From Dehalococcoidia bacterium (GTDB lineage Bacteria > Chloroflexota > Dehalococcoidia > Dehalococcoidales > Fen-1064): 54,378 bases of DNA. The notes under the pieces were generated by a model. The model did not search any database, was not told where the DNA came from, and saw only the letters and a list, made by a program, of their open reading frames with translations. Position numbers and translations under genes: made by a program. The stretch covers positions 1 through 54,378 of the forward strand of contig JAUYDN010000102.1 in assembly GCA_030691775.1 (NCBI GenBank). Direction: 5' to 3'. Of this stretch, positions 16,468-24,167 are shown piece after piece; the stretch's first letter is position 1, and every line of letters begins with the position of its first letter.

Positions 16468-19400
16468 TTACTCTCCTACAAAATATTCAGAGAGGATTAC
16501 TTCCCTTGGGCCTGAAATTTGTGCCGAGCTTTCAGCCGGAGTTTCTTTGAAAAACTCGTCGGCGATGTTCGTTCTTAGAATACCTAAAATCTTAAGCGGG
16601 TTCTTTTCTTTACTTAGCTCCTTAACAAGGGTTTTGGTTGTCTGTTTTGGGAGTCCGCCTTCTTCAATGAGTTTGATTAAATTGATAATATAGAGTTCAT
16701 CGTCTTCTGTATAACCTTTGAATTGTCTAACGTCTTTTGATTTAAGAATCTTGAGCACAAAAGTGGCACTATCCCGGCCACCTTTTAGTTTTACTTCAGG
16801 CATTTCTTCTCTTGTGGCTACCTGAAATTCCTTTTTGTTTTTCCCTAACAGGTCATAATAGTCCTTTCCAATTAGCTCACGCTTGGTTTCTCGCTCAGTT
16901 TCAAGTAATTTAGCTGCCGCAAAGAAGTCTTGTTCTTTGGACGATTCATTGTTGGCTAGGTAGAATTTTTGCAGTTTGCCCTTACGAAAATAAGTTAACA
17001 GATTATCTTTGTTCTCCGGTTGTTTTCTGGCGGTACGGGCTTTCTTCGGCAAACGTTTTATCTTTTCGAATAAGTCAGGCTGTTCATCCCGGATACTCCT
17101 GATAATTTGGAGATACTTGAGTTCACTTTCTTCAGCTTCATCCTCCCCGGTTATCGTTTTCTTTGAAGTCAAACGAGTGAACAAATCATGGGATTTGATT
17201 TCTTCGCCCTCGGTCAGGAGTCTGCCGTCGGCTCCCAGCATTTCAATAAATGCCTCTATTTTATATTCTGCGGCCTCTTTTAGCTTTATTTGGTCATTGG
17301 ACTGAACGGTTGGGAAAAGGTTAAAGGTATAGATTTTATCAAATTTCGTATTAACACGATTTATACGGCCAGCTCTTTGCATCATTCGAGTTGGGTTCCA
17401 GGGAATATCATAGTTCATGACTACGTTAGACTGATGAAGGTTTACACCCTCCGATAGGACTTCAGTGGAAATTAAGATGCGGTAATCATCCTTTTTAACC
17501 CTCGCATTAGCATCGAAGTTTGCAATCACTTCGGCTCTGGCGGCAGCACCGGAGGCCCCTGTGTATAAGAACACTTTATTTGGGAATACTTTGTCCAGAT
17601 GACTATGCAGATATTCAGCAGTTTCTTTGGATTCAGTAAACACAATGATTTTATTCTTCTTCAGAATCTCTTTATGTGATAGTACGTTAACAAACTCAAG
17701 TAGTTTGGGGTCTCGTTTTATTGCCTCCCAGAGCTTGGCAACTTCCCTTAATACAACTAAATCATTTTGCAGGTCTTTCTTGAAATCGTCACTGAAATCT
17801 GATGCCTTATACTCTTTAGCCTTGTCTTCGTCAATGAGACGCTGAATCGCTTCATCATCATCATTTTCAAGTAATTCGAAGAGCTTATTGGCATAACCTT
17901 TGCTTACATAAACCTTTCCATTGTCCAGTTCAGCCAGAAACTGCTCATATGTTCTAGTGAATCTATTAATAGAATTTCTGAAGGCGTAAAAACTACTCTC
18001 AAGTCTCTTTACAAGTAATATCTTCATGAACTTTCTCATGTTCTTTTGAGCCAGTTCTTCCGGCTGCAAAACAGTCCGCGCTTTGAAATACTCCGGGAGC
18101 ATTGGCGTGTACCGCGCGTATTTAAATCTCTTGGTTACTAACTCGATTGTTTTATTAAAAATACGGTCTTCTTCCTCATTTAATTGATAGAAGATTGCTT
18201 CGGGGTCGGCCACATCAGGAAACTTGATTTTACCCTCTGCTAAATCTTGATTATAGTATTTAACAATCTCCGAGCGGGTTCTTCTTACCATCAAGTATTT
18301 CAGCACTCGTTCTCTAATTTCCTTAGCATTGCTTCTAACCTGTTTGATGTATTGCTCATAATCTTTCTGCCTGTCCAGGCCATTAAGTTTCTTGTCAAGG
18401 TTGTCAAAGAACTGTTCCAAATTGGGCTGGTTAGGAATAGTGCTCCTCCTTCCTTTTTGGAACAGCTTTATTTGACTGAGAATATCACCGGGTGTGTTAT
18501 TCAAAGGGGTTGCTGAAACGAGGATAATGCGTTTGCCACGACATATTTGAGCGAGCTTTTCATAAGTCTGAGTCGTTTCTGTCCTGAATCGATGTGCTTC
18601 ATCAATAAATATATTTTTATATTTATCTGTTCCTTTTGCGATTAGATGGTCAAGCTTACCCAGTGATTCACAATCGTACGGAACCCTGAAGTCAGAGAGT
18701 ACATTAGGCCAGGAACCAGGATTATCCCTATCAAGAAGAACCGGAGGGGCAATAACAAGATTTCTCCCATCCAGCTGATTAGCCAGCATGGCTGCAATGT
18801 ATGTCTTGCCTAAACCAACAACATCAGCGAGGAAGACGCCACCATATTCTTCAAGTTTACTCTTAGCATCCGTAACGGCATCGTTCTGGTATTTTAGGTC
18901 TAGAAAGTTCTCCGGGACGTACTCTTTTTCAATTGGATTCTGGTCAAGATTTATCTTCTCTTTGAAATACTCATATAGGAATTTTAAGTAAAGTTCATAA
19001 GGCGTAATGTTATCGTTGAGCCATGTTCTGGGGATGGTCTCAATGTATTTATCGCTGACATCTACCGCATCTTTCCAAAGTTCATTAAACTTGGACATGG
19101 CAAAATCATAATCAGCCCTATCTTTAAGTTCAACATTAAACTCAAGATTATCAATCAGGCCAGATTCGGTGAAATTGCTGGAACCGGTTATAACTCTGCC
19201 AGTATCCTTATCCCCCTCTTTAAAAGTCATAATATACAATTTGGCGTGAATATGGGCAGAAGGATATACTCTGATTTCCAGTTTGTCGCTTTTCAGCCAT
19301 TCAATAAACTTGGTTACACCTTCTTCTACGCTGTCACTATCATCCGAGTCGTCCATCTCGTCCACGACCCGGCCTGCAAATTCTTGTTTAGCCTCCGCGT

Positions 19401-19656
19401 GAGAAACTTCAAATACTCCCGGAAGTGGGTTTTGGGCTTTTTGTATCAGGTCAAGAGTCTCGATACCGGTCTTTAATCCGATGAGAATTCGTATTTTCTC
19501 TGAGCTTTCCAGAGATTTGTAAAGCGCATAGAAACCGCTTGTATAGAAATAACCGACCAAAACATCAAAAAAACGGGTGTCTTTTATCAGCACCCGAAAT
19601 CTTTCACGGAGATTTTTCTCATCCTCATTGGTGATAAATTTAGTATCGCTACTCAT
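16468..19656 (-). CDS. PLD-family (single HKD) nuclease domain fused to an SNF2-family helicase, 1062 aa
   Basis: The N-terminal HAKLYIM..GSSNFTESG is an HKD/PLD motif. The SNF2 motifs are VVGLGKTY (I), IFIDEAHRFR (II), LVSATPLNN (III) and MQRAGRINR (VI). Confidence 0.9.
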   Translation of the reverse strand: MSSDTKFITNEDEKNLRERFRVLIKDTRFFDVLVGYFYTSGFYALYKSLESSEKIRILIGLKTGIETLDLIQKAQNPLPGVFEVSHAEAKQEFAGRVVDEMDDSDDSDSVEEGVTKFIEWLKSDKLEIRVYPSAHIHAKLYIMTFKEGDKDTGRVITGSSNFTESGLIDNLEFNVELKDRADYDFAMSKFNELWKDAVDVSDKYIETIPRTWLNDNITPYELYLKFLYEYFKEKINLDQNPIEKEYVPENFLDLKYQNDAVTDAKSKLEEYGGVFLADVVGLGKTYIAAMLANQLDGRNLVIAPPVLLDRDNPGSWPNVLSDFRVPYDCESLGKLDHLIAKGTDKYKNIFIDEAHRFRTETTQTYEKLAQICRGKRIILVSATPLNNTPGDILSQIKLFQKGRRSTIPNQPNLEQFFDNLDKKLNGLDRQKDYEQYIKQVRSNAKEIRERVLKYLMVRRTRSEIVKYYNQDLAEGKIKFPDVADPEAIFYQLNEEEDRIFNKTIELVTKRFKYARYTPMLPEYFKARTVLQPEELAQKNMRKFMKILLVKRLESSFYAFRNSINRFTRTYEQFLAELDNGKVYVSKGYANKLFELLENDDDEAIQRLIDEDKAKEYKASDFSDDFKKDLQNDLVVLREVAKLWEAIKRDPKLLEFVNVLSHKEILKKNKIIVFTESKETAEYLHSHLDKVFPNKVFLYTGASGAAARAEVIANFDANARVKKDDYRILISTEVLSEGVNLHQSNVVMNYDIPWNPTRMMQRAGRINRVNTKFDKIYTFNLFPTVQSNDQIKLKEAAEYKIEAFIEMLGADGRLLTEGEEIKSHDLFTRLTSKKTITGEDEAEESELKYLQIIRSIRDEQPDLFEKIKRLPKKARTARKQPENKDNLLTYFRKGKLQKFYLANNESSKEQDFFAAAKLLETERETKRELIGKDYYDLLGKNKKEFQVATREEMPEVKLKGGRDSATFVLKILKSKDVRQFKGYTEDDELYIINLIKLIEEGGLPKQTTKTLVKELSKEKNPLKILGILRTNIADEFFKETPAESSAQISGPREVILSEYFVGE

Positions 19657-19688
19657 TGCTGTGCCCTCTCCAAATCCGCTGGCTGGTC

Positions 19689-19943
19689 TTACTCCTGCCC
19701 AAAAGCTTTGAGGAATGTTTTAGGAACCTTAGGCACCTTGCTATCTACCCACGCTTGAAGACAGGTAAGGGAACAAAAGTCGTAGTGGTCAACGGCTCCC
19801 ATTCCTTTCCAATGGGAAACTGATAACCAACCGCTCAGAACGGAGCAACGGGCATCTTCAGGCGGAGCACATCCATCAGAGCACTCAGTGTACTCCGCTT
19901 TTTTTCCACATCCCTGGCAAATAGCATAACTCCGTTTCCCCAT
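19689..19943 (-). CDS. Small Cys-rich protein with an FCS/TRASH-like zinc motif, 84 aa
   Basis: The preferred start is ATG 19943, with GGAGGA 4 nt upstream (the ORF track starts further up at 20030). It reads MGKRSYAICQGCGKK...DFCSLTCLQAW and lies 32 nt upstream of the helicase gene. Confidence 0.55.
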   Translation of the reverse strand: MGKRSYAICQGCGKKAEYTECSDGCAPPEDARCSVLSGWLSVSHWKGMGAVDHYDFCSLTCLQAWVDSKVPKVPKTFLKAFGQE

Positions 19944-20058
19944 TGATTCCTCCAAATCCGCTGGTTGGGCCATCCTTCTCGTGACAGCGATTATGTCTCC
20001 AGCGATGCTTCTTCCAGATGTCTTATGCAAACTTTGACACTATTCTACCACTTAGTGT

Positions 20059-20199
20059 TTACCGTTGGAATAGCAAATTGAAGAATTGACAGCCCTCGGC
20101 GATAACGTCTCGGAGCTGGTTCTGCAACCACAGGTCTTCGGTCTCATCCTCTTCATCATCATCCGGCTGGCAGACACTATCAGTCGGAAATTGCCACAT
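20059..20199 (-). CDS. Possible tiny acidic protein, 46 aa (below the ORF-track cutoff)
   Basis: The reverse strand encodes MWQFPTDSVCQPDDDEEDETEDLWLQNQLRDVIAEGCQFFNLLFQR. Its ATG starts 2 nt after the stop of the upstream RHH gene (TAACCATG). There is no independent RBS. Confidence 0.3.
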   Translation of the reverse strand: MWQFPTDSVCQPDDDEEDETEDLWLQNQLRDVIAEGCQFFNLLFQR

Positions 20200-20201
20200 G
20201 G

Positions 20202-20969
20202 TTACTTATCAGGCTCAGATAAATCCACCCAGTACCCATCACCTAGAAATTCGTCCTTATGATGCGGCCTCGTCAAACCCAAGCTACTCTTATATATCCG
20301 GAAAATGTGCTCTTTACCATCAGTAAGTCCAAGCCTCATCGTCTCACCGGTAGGCTGCCGCCTGGCTACATTAGCCAAATACTCAACCTTAGACTGCACA
20401 GTGCCGAGTACCCCCTCAAGGTTGGCTACTTTCGTAACCAGTGCGGGTATAGGCTTCAGGTCATCATGTCCATGTGTGGTTAGCTTTGTTTTAACCTCAT
20501 TTTGACCTTCGCTAAGACCTTCAATCATCTTTTGAATTTTTTCAATCTCAGACCGGTGAACCTTGGCATTAGTGTCAACCGTCTTGGTTAAATTGAGCAA
20601 GCCCTTCAATTGACTCTCATGCAAATCATTCACCATTCGAACTATGGAACTAGTATCGGTATTACGCAGACCATCAAGTTTATCTAAACGCTCCCCTAGA
20701 GTTTTAATGCCCTTTTGAAGCGCAGCAATGTCCGAATAATTTTCCTTAATATTGGCCTCGTGACCCTGTAGTTGCTCATACAAGTCAGATAAAGTTACGT
20801 CGTCACCATCCTCATCTTTCAGAGTAGCAGCAGACTTTGACGGGTAAAGTGCATCGTCAACCAGCTTTCTTAGAAACTCGGCAGTAGTCTGGCCACGCTC
20901 GTCACTCACCCTTTCAAGCTCTTCAGCTAAATCATCCGGCACTCGAAAACCTACTACCCTACTTCCCAT
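20202..20969 (-). CDS. Ribbon-helix-helix (CopG/Arc-like) N-terminal domain plus long coiled coil, 255 aa
   Basis: MGSRVVGFRVPDDLAEELERVSDERGQTTAEFLRKLVDDAL is a typical RHH. The remainder is heptad-rich (LQKGIKTLGERLDKLD...), followed by a small C-terminal domain. Confidence 0.65.
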   Translation of the reverse strand: MGSRVVGFRVPDDLAEELERVSDERGQTTAEFLRKLVDDALYPSKSAATLKDEDGDDVTLSDLYEQLQGHEANIKENYSDIAALQKGIKTLGERLDKLDGLRNTDTSSIVRMVNDLHESQLKGLLNLTKTVDTNAKVHRSEIEKIQKMIEGLSEGQNEVKTKLTTHGHDDLKPIPALVTKVANLEGVLGTVQSKVEYLANVARRQPTGETMRLGLTDGKEHIFRIYKSSLGLTRPHHKDEFLGDGYWVDLSEPDK

Positions 20970-20977
20970 ATTAGCCC

Positions 20978-21064
20978 CCTGTTTTCACCTGTTAATTTCT
21001 GTAAACACCTTGATTGTTAACAACCTGTTTTCTATATGTTAACAAAAACCGTAAACACTGTCAA
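20978..21064 (-). promoter_or_regulatory. Promoter/operator region of the RHH gene with two about 35-nt imperfect direct repeat units
   Basis: The units are CCTGTTTT..GTTAA..GTAAACAC at 20978-21008 and 21024-21058. GTAAACAC occurs at 21001-21008 and 21051-21058, and GTTAACAA at 21016-21023 and 21038-21045. On the minus strand, TTGACA (21064-21059), 17 nt, then TAACAT (21041-21036). Confidence 0.45.
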
Positions 21065-21230
21065 ATTTCAACATCAAGAACATAGATATAGAGCTTGATA
21101 AAGTTTGCCCAAGAATATGCAAAAACTGAGTAGAGAACTGTTTGTGCTAATCATGTTTATTCTTTTTTCCTGCCACCAACGTCAATATTGCCCTAAATAT
21201 TGGCATCAGTCATTGACAATCGCATACATT

Positions 21231-21256
21231 GGCTATATCATCGGGCTATATCATCG
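21231..21256 (+). repeat. Perfect 13-bp tandem duplication GGCTATATCATCG x2
   Basis: Read directly: 21231-21243 and 21244-21256 are identical. The site is in non-coding DNA between the island and the TetR cluster. Confidence 0.9.
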
Positions 21257-21357
21257 ATGTCAAAACCAAGAAACGAGGTCGGCTCACTACGAGTTGATAT
21301 GGGAAATCCCGGCTGAGGGCCCAGAGACTGGACTTGAAACTATCGTTATTTGCAGTA

Positions 21358-21386
21358 TTGACAAACTTGTAGTTTCTTAATATAAT
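21358..21386 (+). promoter_or_regulatory. Consensus sigma70 promoter upstream of the TetR gene
   Basis: TTGACA (21358-21363), exactly 17 nt, then TATAAT (21381-21386). Confidence 0.6.
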
Positions 21387-21388
21387 TT

Positions 21389-21416
21389 TAGAACTTCTAT
21401 TCTAGAACGAAGGTTC
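21389..21416 (+). promoter_or_regulatory. Candidate TetR operator
   Basis: TAGAACTTCTATTCTAGAACGAAGGTTC lies immediately downstream of the -10. It has TAGAAC twice, the palindrome TTCTAGAA (21400-21407), and GAACTTC / GAAGGTTC as imperfect inverted arms. Confidence 0.4.
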
Positions 21417-21437
21417 GGCAAATTTGAGGTTGCAGCA

Positions 21438-22097
21438 ATGTCGTTTATTGGAGTTTTGCGTACTTTCAGCCGGAATGAACTTTTAGTCTCCAGGAGAAGA
21501 AAACACATCGCAACCTGCGCAAGCAGAGTTTTCGCGAAGCGCGGATATGAGAAGACGACGATGCGTGATGTCGCTAAGGCGTGTGACATGGGAATCGGCA
21601 GCCTGTATTATTACGTCGGATCGAAAAAAGAACTCGTCTTTTTAATTCTGAAGCTCTCGGTGCTTGCTGAATCAGACACGCTGGCTGAGCGAGTAAATGA
21701 GTTCGCCGGGCTGAGTCCGTATGCTTCACTAAAACAATACATTCGCCTGTATCTGAAGCACGTCGATGAGTTGCAGGAGTTGTATATTTTCCTGAACCAC
21801 ATCGTTTTAAGCCTCGATAAAGATGAGCGACGTATCTTTCTTCAAGCGGGGACGAGGAACTGGAAGATATTCCGTGACCTTCTCATCAAAGGCAAGGAGT
21901 CTGGTGAATTTAATGTAGACGATCCCGGTTTCACAGCAAGGAGCATTCTCGCGACAGCCGATGCCTGGGCGCTTTTCCGCTGGGCGATCAGGGGACAATA
22001 TACTCTTGAAGAATACACCAACCTGCTTATTGATATCAGCGAGAAGATGATAGCACTCCAGCCAGCTTTACCAGAAGACAAAGGGGGCAGTGTATGA
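21438..22097 (+). CDS. TetR/AcrR family transcriptional regulator, 219 aa
   Basis: The N-terminal HTH is RRKHIATCASRVFAKRGYEKTTMRDVAKACDMGIGSLYYYVGSKKEL. The stop overlaps the permease ATG (ATGA at 22094-22097). Confidence 0.85.
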   Translation: MSFIGVLRTFSRNELLVSRRRKHIATCASRVFAKRGYEKTTMRDVAKACDMGIGSLYYYVGSKKELVFLILKLSVLAESDTLAERVNEFAGLSPYASLKQYIRLYLKHVDELQELYIFLNHIVLSLDKDERRIFLQAGTRNWKIFRDLLIKGKESGEFNVDDPGFTARSILATADAWALFRWAIRGQYTLEEYTNLLIDISEKMIALQPALPEDKGGSV

Positions 22098-23059
22098 CCG
22101 CTTACATCGTGAGACGGTTGCTGCTCATCATACCTGCCTTGTTCGTGGTAACCCTGATCGTCTTTCTGCTTGTGCGCTTGCTCCCCGGCGACGTCATCGA
22201 GCTGATGGTTTCATCACAGGAATTTGGAAGCAAGGATGCTTTACCGTTGACCATTGATTCACTGAAACATCAACTCGGTCTGGATGTCCCGGTCTACGTT
22301 CAATATGGACGCTGGCTGACGAATATCGCCCTTCATGGTAGCCTAGGCAAGTCGTTGTGGATGGGCACTCCGGTAGCCGATGACATTGCTGCCGGGCTAC
22401 CGATAACGTTCGAGCTCGGGCTCTTGGCTATATTGACATCGCTGCTGATAGCGGTCCCGATCGGGGTGTACTCAGCTATACGGCAGGACACTTTGGGTGA
22501 TTATCTGGGTCGGAGTTTCGCCATCTTTTGCATCGCCGTCCCCAGTTTCTGGCTCGGGACGATGGTTATAGTGTTCCCTTCGATCTGGTGGCACTGGACG
22601 CCGCCATTGCAATATGTCGCCTTTGGCGATAACCCTCTGAAAAACCTGGCAAACTTCATCATACCGGGAGTAATTCTTGGTATGGTAATTTCCGGTACAA
22701 CGATGAGAATGACGCGCACCATGATGCTGGAAGTACTGAGGCAAGACTACATCAGGACTGCGTGGGCAAAAGGGCTCGCAGAGCGGACGATAGTTATCAG
22801 GCACGCGGCCAAGAATGCGCTCATCCCGATCATTACGGTAGTCGGACTCCAGTTGCCTCTGCTAGTCGGTGGTTCGGTGATAATCGAGCAGATCTTCAAC
22901 CTGCCGGGAATAGGGCGTCTCCTGCTGCAGGCTATCCAATCCAGAGACTACACTCTCGTCTCGGGTATAAACCTAGTTATCGCTTCGTTCGTGCTACTCG
23001 CCAATTTTATGGTCGACCTCACCTACGGGTTCCTCGACCCGAGGATCAAGACCAGGTAA
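22094..23059 (+). CDS. ABC transporter permease, DppB/OppB-like, 321 aa
   Basis: MTAYIVRRLLLIIPALFVVTLIVFLLVRLLPGD is the typical N-terminus. It has the EAA-like loop (YIRTAWAKGL..R.I..HA.KNALIP) and multiple TM segments. Confidence 0.9.
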   Translation: MTAYIVRRLLLIIPALFVVTLIVFLLVRLLPGDVIELMVSSQEFGSKDALPLTIDSLKHQLGLDVPVYVQYGRWLTNIALHGSLGKSLWMGTPVADDIAAGLPITFELGLLAILTSLLIAVPIGVYSAIRQDTLGDYLGRSFAIFCIAVPSFWLGTMVIVFPSIWWHWTPPLQYVAFGDNPLKNLANFIIPGVILGMVISGTTMRMTRTMMLEVLRQDYIRTAWAKGLAERTIVIRHAAKNALIPIITVVGLQLPLLVGGSVIIEQIFNLPGIGRLLLQAIQSRDYTLVSGINLVIASFVLLANFMVDLTYGFLDPRIKTR

Positions 23060-23087
23060 CTGGTGTGAGCAGAAAGGGGTTTTCGGG

Positions 23088-24053
23088 TTGAACAGGCATT
23101 CAGTTGCATCGAGTCTACCGATGAAACGAAGAAGAGTCTCATTGACCGCGAATCCGGTAGTCAGGTTCGTCAAGGACAAGCCGCTAGGCGCGATTGGCGG
23201 TTTCATAGTCTTGATTTTGCTCCTAGCTGGAGTCTTTGCCAATCTGCTAGCTCCCTTTTCTCCGTACCAGAGCCTGCCAGGTCAGTTCTTCAAGCCTCCC
23301 TCCAACCAACACCTGATGGGCACGGATAACCTTGGTCGGGACATTTTCAGCCGAATTATCTTCGGAGCGCGAATCTCGATGGTCGTGGGCATATGTGGAA
23401 TGCTGATATCTACATCCATCTCGACAACCATAGGCATTACTTCTGGGTTCGCCGGGGGAAAATTCGACCTCATCGTGCAGAGATTCGTTGATGGCTGGAT
23501 GGCGTTTCCACTTCTGGTAATACTCATAAGCGTTATGTCCGTTGTCAAGCCGGGTATATTCCAGATCATCCTCGTACTCGGTATCGCAAATGGCATCTCA
23601 GGATCTAGGGTTGTACGCAGCACCGTGATCGCCATGAAAGAGAACGTGTACATAGAAGCAAGCCGAGCCATTGGTTGTTCAAACACGAAGATACTGATAC
23701 GGCACATCGTGCCGAATGTTCTCGCCGCCATCATCATCCTGTTCACCATTGGCATGCCCGGTTTAATCCTTACGGAAGCCAGCCTTAGCTTCCTGGGATA
23801 TGGCATTCCACCGCCCACACCCAGCTGGGGAGGTATGCTCAGCGGAGCCGGTCGCGCCTACATGTACACCGCGCCTTGGATGGCACTGTGGCCTGGCCTT
23901 GCTTTGAGCATTGCAGTCTATGGAATAAACGTATTTGGTGATGCGCTGAGAGATGTTCTGGATCCAAGGTTGAAGGGTATCCGGGTAAGCTACAGAAGAG
24001 CCGCACCACGCATAAAGGCGAAGCGGCAGCAAGTTTCAAATTCGAAATCTTGA
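23088..24053 (+). CDS. ABC transporter permease, DppC/OppC-like, about 321 aa
   Basis: It reads HLMGTDNLGRDIFSRIIFGARIS with a binding-protein-dependent transport inner-membrane domain. The start is uncertain (TTG 23088 or ATG 23121). Confidence 0.9.
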   Translation: MNRHSVASSLPMKRRRVSLTANPVVRFVKDKPLGAIGGFIVLILLLAGVFANLLAPFSPYQSLPGQFFKPPSNQHLMGTDNLGRDIFSRIIFGARISMVVGICGMLISTSISTTIGITSGFAGGKFDLIVQRFVDGWMAFPLLVILISVMSVVKPGIFQIILVLGIANGISGSRVVRSTVIAMKENVYIEASRAIGCSNTKILIRHIVPNVLAAIIILFTIGMPGLILTEASLSFLGYGIPPPTPSWGGMLSGAGRAYMYTAPWMALWPGLALSIAVYGINVFGDALRDVLDPRLKGIRVSYRRAAPRIKAKRQQVSNSKS

Positions 24054-24167
24054 TCGTCGCTAGAAATGGCCAGTGCGCTGTTCAAAGGGGTGAATGAAAA
24101 TGTAAGTGTTAAGACGAAGCTTCCGTCAACGGGGGACAGGTGATCGACATTCAATAAGGAGAGAAAG

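Larger units (their letters stand above)
5339..20969. mobile_element. Integrative element (gene-defined minimum extent; true ends not identified, may include higBA on the left and reach about 21.3 kb on the right)
   Basis: It carries a serine recombinase, a tyrosine recombinase, a Prim-Pol/helicase replicase, an AbrB regulator, an R-M-like module and many orphans. By eye it is more AT-rich than both flanks. No capsid, terminase or conjugation genes were recognised. Confidence 0.55.

Noticed and set aside
5266-21332. Shared 9-mer GAGACTGGA at 5266-5274 and 21324-21332 as candidate att core of the island
   Set aside because: A 9-nt match between two flanks of a few hundred nt is plausible by chance (my rough estimate is of order 0.1), and the flanking bases do not match. 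I keep it only as a place to look if comparative data become available.
21105-21380. 91-aa plus-strand ORF in the island/TetR gap
   Set aside because: It has a TTG start without an RBS, spans the 13-bp tandem duplication and the TetR promoter, and has no family resemblance.
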